Virus record (IMG/VR): IMGVR_UViG_3300029120_000017 | From: a virus | Direction: 5' to 3' (one strand) | DNA: 58,062 bases | In this document: positions 50,488 through 58,062 of the stretch, piece by piece | How the letters are laid out: every line of letters begins with the position of its first letter | Position numbering within the stretch: the first letter of the stretch is position 1 | Notes under the pieces: model-generated | What the model was told of the DNA's origin: nothing | The model's input: the letters and a program-made list of their open reading frames with translations, nothing else | The model's database searches: none | Program-made: the position numbers and the translations under genes

Positions 50488-52099
50488 TAATACTACCTTT
50501 GTCTAAGAAATAAACTTCTTGAAATAACTTCCATTGTGTTGTGTTCTTTAATCCATAGAATTTTGAAATCGCTAAATCTATAATGTCATAGTTGTTGTAA
50601 TTCTCTGGAAAGAAAACAACAGCAACAGCGCAATTCGGCTTTGTTGCGCAATGTTTTAGCGCACGTAGAATATTGTTTGCCGTTCCTGTTTCTGCTGCTG
50701 CAATCTCAAATCGTTTTCCGTTCCAAGTGCCTTCTACGTTCTTCATATTCTTTACTGTGTGGTCTTCCTTTTGAAGGATAACGGAATAACCATTATCAAA
50801 CGCGATTTTTTGAACATCGGTTTCATACCAGCCTTTCTTTTTGTCTAAATTATGTTCTCTATGCGTGGCCATGAATGCACCATTCTCATGATTGAATTTT
50901 ACATTTGTATAATTCTGGTCATTTAGATAACCTTGGTATTTCCTTTGATTAATCTCATATTGTACATTTCTCCAGCCAAGCAATTTGCCTATTTGTGCCT
51001 GATTCTCTTTAACGAAGTAGGGGAGCTTGTTGTTTTTCCTCGCCTTATTAAGTTTCTCTTCATTAGCTCTACACCACTTATTAAAGACTGATGGAAATCC
51101 TTTTATTTTATTCGGAGAGACATAGCGTTTGTAATCATCTTCCGACAACGCGCGTAGCTTCTTCCACTCTTCGCTGTCCCTATCCATCAATATAGATGAC
51201 ATAGAACAACGGCAGCGCGGATGCCAGCCAGTGAAAACAAAATCAGAAGGGTAATCGCCTTGAAGCTCGTCACATATATCTGTCAGCGGATGGTTCTTCG
51301 ATAAACGAATACGGATGCCAAGAACAAATGGCTCTTCGCTCCATCGCTTACAATTCGCGTAATTGTAAGCCATATTTATTTCTGTCATCGCAAGGCGCAA
51401 ACCATTTTGACGTGCAGAGCGATATACGCCACGGCCCACCTTTTCCAAATCTTCCTTGATAAACCTCACCTTTCCATCTTGACCTATTACCCTCCTGCGC
51501 CATTCAACGACATCTTTCTTCGTGCCATCGCTCATCAACTTTTTAAGGTGATAACGGCGGTACATCATGTTTGGGTTATTTAGCTTGTCACGAACGGCAC
51601 GGCCTAACTGCTCAGCAGAATTGCCGTTCTTTAGAGCATCCTCGATAGACTGCGACATCGCCAACTCAAACTCTGCCTTAGTTTGCTGAGTGTAATTCCA
51701 AACGCTTGTGGATAGGTCAAGCCCACCCATATTATGTAACCGCTGCTCACGGAAGGCTTCGGCTGTCGTTTTACGCCAAGATTTCACATCGTCCTCATCA
51801 AAACGCGTCATTCCACTAAATGCCATCTGTGAAGTATTCGATGATAACAAAATAGCCTGCGTGATTCCTGCTTGAATTGTGGCGGTCATTTGAGCGAAAT
51901 ACTCATTTAGCAACCTGTCAATTTTTTCTTTTGCTGCTCTTGGGCAATGCTTCGCAATAGAGAATAATTCGTCTGAGGAAACGTTTTTGGGCGCTTCCCC
52001 TGTGGCGGCGATTAGTTCACGAACCAGCGTTTCATATTGCTTTCTTAGTTTATCGTCTGCCTTCAATAATAACTTGGTGATATTCTCCTCCTGGCTCAT
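50465..52099 (-). CDS. MuF / SPP1 gp7-family head morphogenesis protein with an about 210-aa C-terminal extension
   Basis: 544 aa; NHPLTDICDELQGDYPSDFVFTGWHPRCRC core motif around residue 300; long extra C-terminal region. Confidence 0.7.
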   Translation of the reverse strand: MSQEENITKLLLKADDKLRKQYETLVRELIAATGEAPKNVSSDELFSIAKHCPRAAKEKIDRLLNEYFAQMTATIQAGITQAILLSSNTSQMAFSGMTRFDEDDVKSWRKTTAEAFREQRLHNMGGLDLSTSVWNYTQQTKAEFELAMSQSIEDALKNGNSAEQLGRAVRDKLNNPNMMYRRYHLKKLMSDGTKKDVVEWRRRVIGQDGKVRFIKEDLEKVGRGVYRSARQNGLRLAMTEINMAYNYANCKRWSEEPFVLGIRIRLSKNHPLTDICDELQGDYPSDFVFTGWHPRCRCSMSSILMDRDSEEWKKLRALSEDDYKRYVSPNKIKGFPSVFNKWCRANEEKLNKARKNNKLPYFVKENQAQIGKLLGWRNVQYEINQRKYQGYLNDQNYTNVKFNHENGAFMATHREHNLDKKKGWYETDVQKIAFDNGYSVILQKEDHTVKNMKNVEGTWNGKRFEIAAAETGTANNILRALKHCATKPNCAVAVVFFPENYNNYDIIDLAISKFYGLKNTTQWKLFQEVYFLDKGSIIKRHHPT

Positions 52100-52425
52100 T
52101 ACTCTTTGCTGTCTTGCTCCTTATTTTCATCAACGATTAATCCAGACAGCATTTCTTTTACTTGCTCGCCCGTCCAAGGTAAATCGTAATATTGTGAATC
52201 GTTTCCTGCCATAGCTTTTATAAGTATTGGTTTTTTGTCGTTTGTTCTAATGATTTTCTTTTCTGACGTTCTGAGGTACAGATAACCTTTTGGCGGTCTT
52301 TGTGGCTTTTCTGTAGGAATCTTGCAAATTGGTCTTATTGAAACGCAATTTAAGCCGTCCAGCCTCACAACCTCAACCAAAGGTGGGTCTGTCGCGCGTC
52401 TTACCTTAACATTGATACAAGCCAT
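52099..52425 (-). CDS. hypothetical virion-module protein
   Basis: 108-aa ORF. Confidence 0.5.
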   Translation of the reverse strand: MACINVKVRRATDPPLVEVVRLDGLNCVSIRPICKIPTEKPQRPPKGYLYLRTSEKKIIRTNDKKPILIKAMAGNDSQYYDLPWTGEQVKEMLSGLIVDENKEQDSKE

Positions 52426-52428
52426 AAT

Positions 52429-52746
52429 TTATTTGCATATAACTACATCTGTCGTTAATGTAACAATCTCTTTTCTGAATCCATCATCACAGTCTTCATC
52501 TGGAATCTCCGCGGTGATACGGCATTGCAACGGGCCAACGCCAAGTTCATAGCTGTTGAATGAGGCGACATAATTGCCTGAATCAATACGTATCATTTCT
52601 TTCTTCTTAATAGTCAAGGAGCGATTGGAATACACGAAAAAATCAACCTTGAAATCATAGTCATCCATAGAGTACCCTCCGCAGGCATCAATATGAATGT
52701 TCATTTTTAAATCTGTGCCTAAAGATGGCTGCAACAAATCTTTCAT
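52429..52746 (-). CDS. hypothetical virion-module protein
   Basis: 105-aa ORF. Confidence 0.5.
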   Translation of the reverse strand: MKDLLQPSLGTDLKMNIHIDACGGYSMDDYDFKVDFFVYSNRSLTIKKKEMIRIDSGNYVASFNSYELGVGPLQCRITAEIPDEDCDDGFRKEIVTLTTDVVICK

Positions 52747-52747
52747 A

Positions 52748-53365
52748 TCACTTTGAAATTATGCCTGCTGCGTCTAACTTATCAACAAGCGTTTTGAGAA
52801 TTAAACGTAATCTGTTAAGATAATTATCAACATCTCTGAGTTCACTTGATTCTGGCGTTGTTTTAAGCGTCTCATAGTCAGAGCCAAGATTAAGAACTGC
52901 CTTTTGCGGCATCTGCATAAAAGTCCATGAAGACCAAACGCCATTTTCATTCCTTGACCTGTATGCCTCAGAATAAATTGTTGATGAATTGGCAAACCCT
53001 GCTGCCGTTGATGATTTGATTATCCCTCCTCGGATAACCTGTAAGACAACGCCTTTCGCCATCCACATTGGGTAGTTTGTTCCTGTTATCAATCGTCCGT
53101 TGACGGTCAACTTAAAATGCCCTAAGTATTTCGTGTTGGTATAGTCAAGAGCATTCAAACCAGCAACGGCCTCGCTCTCGTTGTTGTAATCTGCAATCTT
53201 GATAAATGGGTCGTAGTAAGCATCAGAATCAGCGCTAATGCCTCTAATTTGCTCATGCAGGAGTTTTTGAGCCTCCGTGAGTGCTGATTGCGTTGCTTTG
53301 TTTGGGATGTCCGCTAAGAGCTTGTTTATGTCTTCTGCGGTATAGTTTATTTTAGCTTCTGCCAT
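52748..53365 (-). CDS. tail-fibre/receptor-binding-like protein sharing a C-terminal module with 37059-37922
   Basis: 205 aa, C-terminus LRLILKTLVDKLDAAGIISK. Confidence 0.5.
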   Translation of the reverse strand: MAEAKINYTAEDINKLLADIPNKATQSALTEAQKLLHEQIRGISADSDAYYDPFIKIADYNNESEAVAGLNALDYTNTKYLGHFKLTVNGRLITGTNYPMWMAKGVVLQVIRGGIIKSSTAAGFANSSTIYSEAYRSRNENGVWSSWTFMQMPQKAVLNLGSDYETLKTTPESSELRDVDNYLNRLRLILKTLVDKLDAAGIISK

Positions 53366-55997
53366 TTTTTGTCTCCTTTCTTAGTTTATGTTCTATGTCT
53401 GCCAAACGCGAATAAATTCCGCTTACTCCGCACATTACCTGCGGCGTGTCGTATGGAATATCACTTTTTATCTCAAAACCTATAATTCTGCTCTCTCTTG
53501 CACTTTTTGAAACCTCGGTAAAATCCAACGAGACAAGTAACTTGCCTTCTTTGTCTGTTAATGTATTTCCATCTGCATCAATCAACGTGCAATTTGTCAT
53601 TTCAGAGCCTGTAATGGCTGGGTCTTTTATACTTACCCTTTTTCCCTTCTTCATTAAGTTGGCAATATTCTCAAAAGCGAAATTTGAAGCAAAACTTATG
53701 GTGTAAGTCCTGTCGTCAATCCTTGCCTTTTTTAGGTATTCCTCCGCTTTGGCTTTTAGCTTCTTTTCTGCCGCCTCGACAACGCCTGTTGCTGCCATAG
53801 CTCTTAGGTCAATTCCATAAAGCAAGACTGAATCTCCTACCTTTGGGCATAGCGTTTCATTTGGAAAATCACTGCCGTATGTCGTGTTTCTTACAATTTC
53901 AAACCACTGGCTCTTGCTGTCATTCATTGAATAACCATCGGGGTTGAATTTTACCTCAAAATCCATTCCTGCCAGCTTGCTGGTGCTGCTTGTGTCTTCG
54001 TTGTCCGTCAAAAAGGAAATAGTCAGAGTTGAGCCATCCTTTGCCAAATAATCATCACAGAAGTAGAAAACACGCCCTTGCTTATCGCTGAGTTGTACGC
54101 GGTATTGCTTCCAGTGCTTTTCTGTTTTCTCTCCGTCTGAATGCTCCTCTATGTCGTATCTATCTCTCGTTTCGATGGCTGAGATATGAAGCTCTTCATT
54201 TGGGAATATATCATCAAAGATTTTTATTTCTTCAATGTGCTGCCACTCATTGAGGCCGCTCACTTCAACGCAATTCAGTCCATTTGGCAACATTAAACGT
54301 TTGTCCGTAATATTGTTGAGCATTTCCATGCCCTCTGCTGTTGTCGGCGTGTCTTCCTTATATTCATTCAAAAACCACGCAATAGGCAGTTTGTATTCAA
54401 GCAAGCCTATCAACACAAACTCTCTGTTAAGCAAATTCGCCTTGACTTCTTCCTCAGTCGAACCATATCTTGCTGTTCCGTCTGCTTTTCTCTTTGGCCT
54501 TATGACAAACCAGCCTTCTGACATTTTGAAAATTTGCTTATCTTCAACAGCACTTCCACCTATTAAAGGATTAATGTAAACATCATTTGTTGTTGTGTTG
54601 CCAGGCACATTAATAGTTACCCTTGGATGCTGCTTGCTCGTCCAGTCTGAAACAGGTGCTTTGTAGGAGGTTTTGACCAACCCTTGTGATAAGATATAGT
54701 ACTCATGATTGCTGATGCCTCCATACACTTCAAAACGCAATTCTGCAACACGTGAACCTTGCAGTTGATAATCTGTCGTTTCGTTAAACGTGAGAACTCC
54801 GTTATCTGGAACACTGCCTTGCTTGATGATGTAGGTTATCTCGTCTTTTGAGCCGCTTGTCGTTATTCCTGTAACAACGTACAATTTGTAATGAAGGACA
54901 TTGCTGCCTATTGACTGCTGCTGCCCTGTCTGAGTATCTTTCGCCTTTATTGTTACCTGCCATGAGCTAACATCAATCTTCTTGTATGCTTCAAGATTTC
55001 TTGTTTCAAGGAGCTTAGAGAATCTTTTTGGCGATGATTCGGTTGATGTATTATCTACTTTGCTCGAAATCTCAAACGAGTAACTATCAGCGCCAGCGTC
55101 TATAAGGGCAGATGAAAAATAGCTCTCGGATAATTTATGTGAAGAATCTTTTATAGCGATGTATGGATTTCCGCTATTATTATCGTCATAAATAGCGACA
55201 TCTGTTATCTTAAAATCTAACTTTTTTCTGTAGTTCTCTGGTATATTCTTAGTTGAGCCAAACGGAAAAACTCTTGTAATATAGCTGCCTTTACTTTGGT
55301 CAACAATCCAACTTACAACATTGTCATCTAATGAAGCGTCAATAAAAGATTCTTCATCTTTCTCACAATACCCAAGATGGATAATATTTCCTTCCATCCA
55401 CCACTCACATTGCCATTCCTCAGCAATTTTGTCAAGGGCTTGCAAAATGTTAGTGTTTGAATATTGAATGAGCTTAACGGATTTCTCTACTGCTCCGCTT
55501 CTCGGGAAAAGGCTGCTGCCATCATAATGTATGATGTATTCATACTCTTTTCCGTTGCCATTACAGATATTCAAGCCAAGGTGTCTCAGTGTTGCCAGCA
55601 CCAAATCTAAATGATGGTCAATTGTATCAGTCAAAGAAAACTCGCCCTCAGCGTGTGAAGCAATGAACCGCAGAACTTTGTTTCCCCACAATTTATACTC
55701 GGCTTCAAATTTCAATTCATATTCCCATGCTCCGTTATTGCCTGAATATGAAGGAAAGACAGGAGAGGTGATGTAGTACCTTTGTGGCTCACCCCATTGC
55801 CCTTGCTCGTCTGTGAAATAATCGCCTATCTGAAATGGTATCGCGTTGGGTAACTTAATTCTGAGTGTAATATAATCGTCTCCTTGTAACTGCCAGCGCC
55901 TTACTCCTCCTTCATATATAGGCAAATTGGGGTAAACGACTTCTTCGCCGCTTACCCCTTTCCTGTATATCGTCACGTTTTCCAGCATCTTATTCAT
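53352..55997 (-). CDS. tail-associated hub / minor structural protein (Tal-like)
   Basis: 881 aa from ATG 55997 (MNKMLENVTIYRKG...); second gene after the tape measure gene. Confidence 0.55.
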   Translation of the reverse strand: MNKMLENVTIYRKGVSGEEVVYPNLPIYEGGVRRWQLQGDDYITLRIKLPNAIPFQIGDYFTDEQGQWGEPQRYYITSPVFPSYSGNNGAWEYELKFEAEYKLWGNKVLRFIASHAEGEFSLTDTIDHHLDLVLATLRHLGLNICNGNGKEYEYIIHYDGSSLFPRSGAVEKSVKLIQYSNTNILQALDKIAEEWQCEWWMEGNIIHLGYCEKDEESFIDASLDDNVVSWIVDQSKGSYITRVFPFGSTKNIPENYRKKLDFKITDVAIYDDNNSGNPYIAIKDSSHKLSESYFSSALIDAGADSYSFEISSKVDNTSTESSPKRFSKLLETRNLEAYKKIDVSSWQVTIKAKDTQTGQQQSIGSNVLHYKLYVVTGITTSGSKDEITYIIKQGSVPDNGVLTFNETTDYQLQGSRVAELRFEVYGGISNHEYYILSQGLVKTSYKAPVSDWTSKQHPRVTINVPGNTTTNDVYINPLIGGSAVEDKQIFKMSEGWFVIRPKRKADGTARYGSTEEEVKANLLNREFVLIGLLEYKLPIAWFLNEYKEDTPTTAEGMEMLNNITDKRLMLPNGLNCVEVSGLNEWQHIEEIKIFDDIFPNEELHISAIETRDRYDIEEHSDGEKTEKHWKQYRVQLSDKQGRVFYFCDDYLAKDGSTLTISFLTDNEDTSSTSKLAGMDFEVKFNPDGYSMNDSKSQWFEIVRNTTYGSDFPNETLCPKVGDSVLLYGIDLRAMAATGVVEAAEKKLKAKAEEYLKKARIDDRTYTISFASNFAFENIANLMKKGKRVSIKDPAITGSEMTNCTLIDADGNTLTDKEGKLLVSLDFTEVSKSARESRIIGFEIKSDIPYDTPQVMCGVSGIYSRLADIEHKLRKETKNGRS

Positions 55998-56415
55998 TTT
56001 CTTGGTTGCTTGGATTCGGCTCTTTAAACTTATACCCAGCAATAATAAAATTATAACTTTGATAAAACTCCAGCGATGTTTGCTCTACGAACAGAAGACG
56101 GAAAGTTTTGCCAAGTTCATCAATTGCAAATTTAAACAAATCTCTTGATATTAATGTATTAAATTGCCTATAATTAGATACAGTCTCTTTATAAGATAAG
56201 CCCCTAAATATAAATGATAAATTGACTTCTCTGTCTTCCACGCGCCTTCTGCTTCCAAACGTCAAGACGGTTACATCAACGCCATCTTTCAACCGTGATT
56301 TATTTTCTATCACGGCCTTTGTTTTTGGCAATGACATCAACTCCTTATATCCGCCTTTCACCAACTTTGCGCCATAAGTCTTAAAAATATCTTCTCCATT
56401 AATCTTTGCTGCCAT
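55990..56415 (-). CDS. distal tail protein (Dit-like position)
   Basis: 141-aa ORF starting 3 nt after the tape measure stop. Confidence 0.4.
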   Translation of the reverse strand: MAAKINGEDIFKTYGAKLVKGGYKELMSLPKTKAVIENKSRLKDGVDVTVLTFGSRRRVEDREVNLSFIFRGLSYKETVSNYRQFNTLISRDLFKFAIDELGKTFRLLFVEQTSLEFYQSYNFIIAGYKFKEPNPSNQENE

Positions 56416-56417
56416 CT

Positions 56418-58062
56418 TTAAAGCCTCCTTGTATTTCTTTCGATTTGGTTTAGTCGTTCGTTCATTTGGTATAACTCATTCGTGTTTTTGGCTATCGTTG
56501 CCAAATGACTTGCTGAGGTCCGTTGTATTTCAAGAATCTCTGCTGTGGATGTCTCTGCTTGCGCAAAATGCGTCTTTAAATTATCCAAAATACTTTGATT
56601 TGAAATTTGAATGGCTGCAAACCTACCGTTCAGTTCATCGCCTTTGTCTGCTGACATAGCTGTGAAGGATGTAGTTTGGCTTCCACTCGAAGAACCACTC
56701 TTGCTCCATCCATAGATGTCTTGAAGATTCTTCGCTTCATTACGAGCTTTCTCAACAATCTGCATATAGCTTTCTTGCAATTTGCTCACCTCACCAACAG
56801 AGATGTTTCCATCTTCATTGGATTTAGCAAATTCATCGTACCATTCTTCAAGCATATCTTTGTACTTCTCGCCAAGTTTAGTTTGAATTACGGCATTTTT
56901 GAGATAGCCAGTGAAGTTATCAGCAAAATCTCTTGTGCTGCTATCCATATTGGAAATTAGCTTGGTGAAGTCATTGTAAACGCTGTCAAATGAGGTAGCG
57001 GTTAACTGCTGTTGCAATTTGTCAAGAGTGTCTTCTGCGGTATCTCCAAGACTGATAATCTTGTTGTAATAGTCGCGTGTCTCAGCATCTAATTTTGACC
57101 AAAAATCTGCATCTGATATCTTTACCTTTTCCAGCTCTTCGGCAGTAAGGCTCTGCAAATCTTGAACTGAACTAATCGTTTTGCCAACGGCCCTTGATAC
57201 ATTCGTCCAATTATCCTGCGTCATCCAAGAGTTTTGTCTGTAATTGATAGAGTGGCTTCCTGCACTTGCGCCGCTCTCTCCGCGCACCTTAATAAGATTG
57301 CGCAAAGCCTGCTCGTCAGCCTTGACTATTGACATAACATCATCATAGGCGTTTTTTGCTTCGATTCCATACGACAAATTAATATACTCTGTCTTCTTGC
57401 TAATAAGCTCGTCCCAGATGGATGATATTTTTTGGTATTCTGCCTTTAATTTATTATAGCTTGAATAATCCGCGCCAAAGCCAAGCATCTTTCCAATACC
57501 TTCAAATGTATGTGCAACTCCTGTGATTGTGCCAGCAACAGCACTGACGGCCAATGCAACATCATTGATTGGATTCGTGAGGCTGAGCAAATCTCCCAAA
57601 TTTGTTATATCAATATCTTTGAATGAATCGGCAAATTCTGACAGGCCCTTTGTAAACTCTTCAAATCCTTCATTGAATGAATCTGAATATTTCACACCGA
57701 ATGCACCAAGCATATTTTTAACACTCTTAAATGCTTTAGCAACACCGCTGATGGTTGCAGAAACACGAGCCTGCGCCTCGGCTGCTGCATATTGTGCCTT
57801 AATGTATTCCTTGGTTGATTCAACTGCTTCTTTTAAAGCATCACCGAAGGATTTGTTGTAAGAGTTTTTTTGCTCTTTTAATTCCTCCTGTTGCTTGACA
57901 TCGCCTTTGGCAACTGCCTCTTGGTAAGCCTTATAGATATTCTTTCCGTTAACGGTGAAGCCTTCTAACGTTGCTTGCCTTGCATATTTGGTGGCCCTTG
58001 CATCAGAAAGTTTTCTTAATGATGCCCCAAAGGTATCATATTGCGACCTTGCCGACTGAACT
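56418..58062 (-). CDS. tail tape measure protein, C-terminal part (continuation of 1-3041 across the junction)
   Basis: The track lists only 56418-57713. I translated 57714-58062 in the same frame and found no stop and no ATG/GTG/TTG, so the ORF is open to the window edge. Confidence 0.8.
   Translation of the reverse strand, partial: VQSARSQYDTFGASLRKLSDARATKYARQATLEGFTVNGKNIYKAYQEAVAKGDVKQQEELKEQKNSYNKSFGDALKEAVESTKEYIKAQYAAAEAQARVSATISGVAKAFKSVKNMLGAFGVKYSDSFNEGFEEFTKGLSEFADSFKDIDITNLGDLLSLTNPINDVALAVSAVAGTITGVAHTFEGIGKMLGFGADYSSYNKLKAEYQKISSIWDELISKKTEYINLSYGIEAKNAYDDVMSIVKADEQALRNLIKVRGESGASAGSHSINYRQNSWMTQDNWTNVSRAVGKTISSVQDLQSLTAEELEKVKISDADFWSKLDAETRDYYNKIISLGDTAEDTLDKLQQQLTATSFDSVYNDFTKLISNMDSSTRDFADNFTGYLKNAVIQTKLGEKYKDMLEEWYDEFAKSNEDGNISVGEVSKLQESYMQIVEKARNEAKNLQDIYGWSKSGSSSGSQTTSFTAMSADKGDELNGRFAAIQISNQSILDNLKTHFAQAETSTAEILEIQRTSASHLATIAKNTNELYQMNERLNQIERNTRRL
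57964..58062. repeat. second copy of the 99-bp terminal repeat
   Basis: Identical to 1-99. Confidence 0.95.

Noticed and set aside
34864-53365. Diversity-generating retroelement explanation for the shared fibre N- and C-terminal modules
   Set aside because: There is no reverse transcriptase ORF anywhere in the genome and no template/variable repeat pair with adenine-specific mismatches. The similarity is at protein-module level.

Overview
The window is one complete, circularly closed genome of a temperate tailed phage. Bases 1-99 are identical to 57964-58062, so the unique length is 57,963 bp. The genome is AT-rich. The host is most likely a Bacteroidota (Bacteroides/Prevotella-type) bacterium; this is an inference from repeated TTTG-N19-TAnnTTTG promoter motifs, the integrase type and an IS4-family insertion.

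Nearly all genes lie on the minus strand. In transcription order:
- Head genes: scaffold, capsid and connector (45525-42582).
- Tail tube, fibre-like proteins, a GT2 glycosyltransferase and a PLC-like gene (41712-36481).
- Lysis cassette: holin, GH108 endolysin, small TM protein and u-spanin (36469-33509).
- An accessory island (33472-29939).
- attP (a tRNA-Pro 3' fragment flanked by arm repeats) plus a tyrosine integrase (29940-28395).
- Lysogeny switch: a plus-strand S24 repressor opposite cro/xis-like genes (28033-26789).
- A 1.1-kb mostly non-coding stretch with three tRNA-like elements and iterons (26660-25698).
- Recombination and replication genes: Erf, exonuclease, SSB, NinB-like, DUF4373, MazG (24873-20374).
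- Many small unknown ORFs.
- A PLD-type nuclease and a DUF1064 nuclease.
- A 7-deazaguanine DNA-modification module (ParB-DUF4417, ParB-like, QueD-like, DpdA-like, QueD, QueE, FolE; no QueC). An intact IS4-family element splits it exactly between dpdA and queD.
- Terminase small and large subunits and portal.
- Frameshifted tail chaperone and a 1528-aa tape measure gene. The tape measure gene is cut by the artificial window boundary.
- Distal tail and hub proteins, fibre-like proteins and a MuF-family protein.

A plus-strand block (46172-50265) carries ten small genes, including a Bro-N/KilA-C antirepressor preceded by a structured leader.

All functional calls come from motif recognition by eye, gene order and ORF structure. 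No database search was possible.
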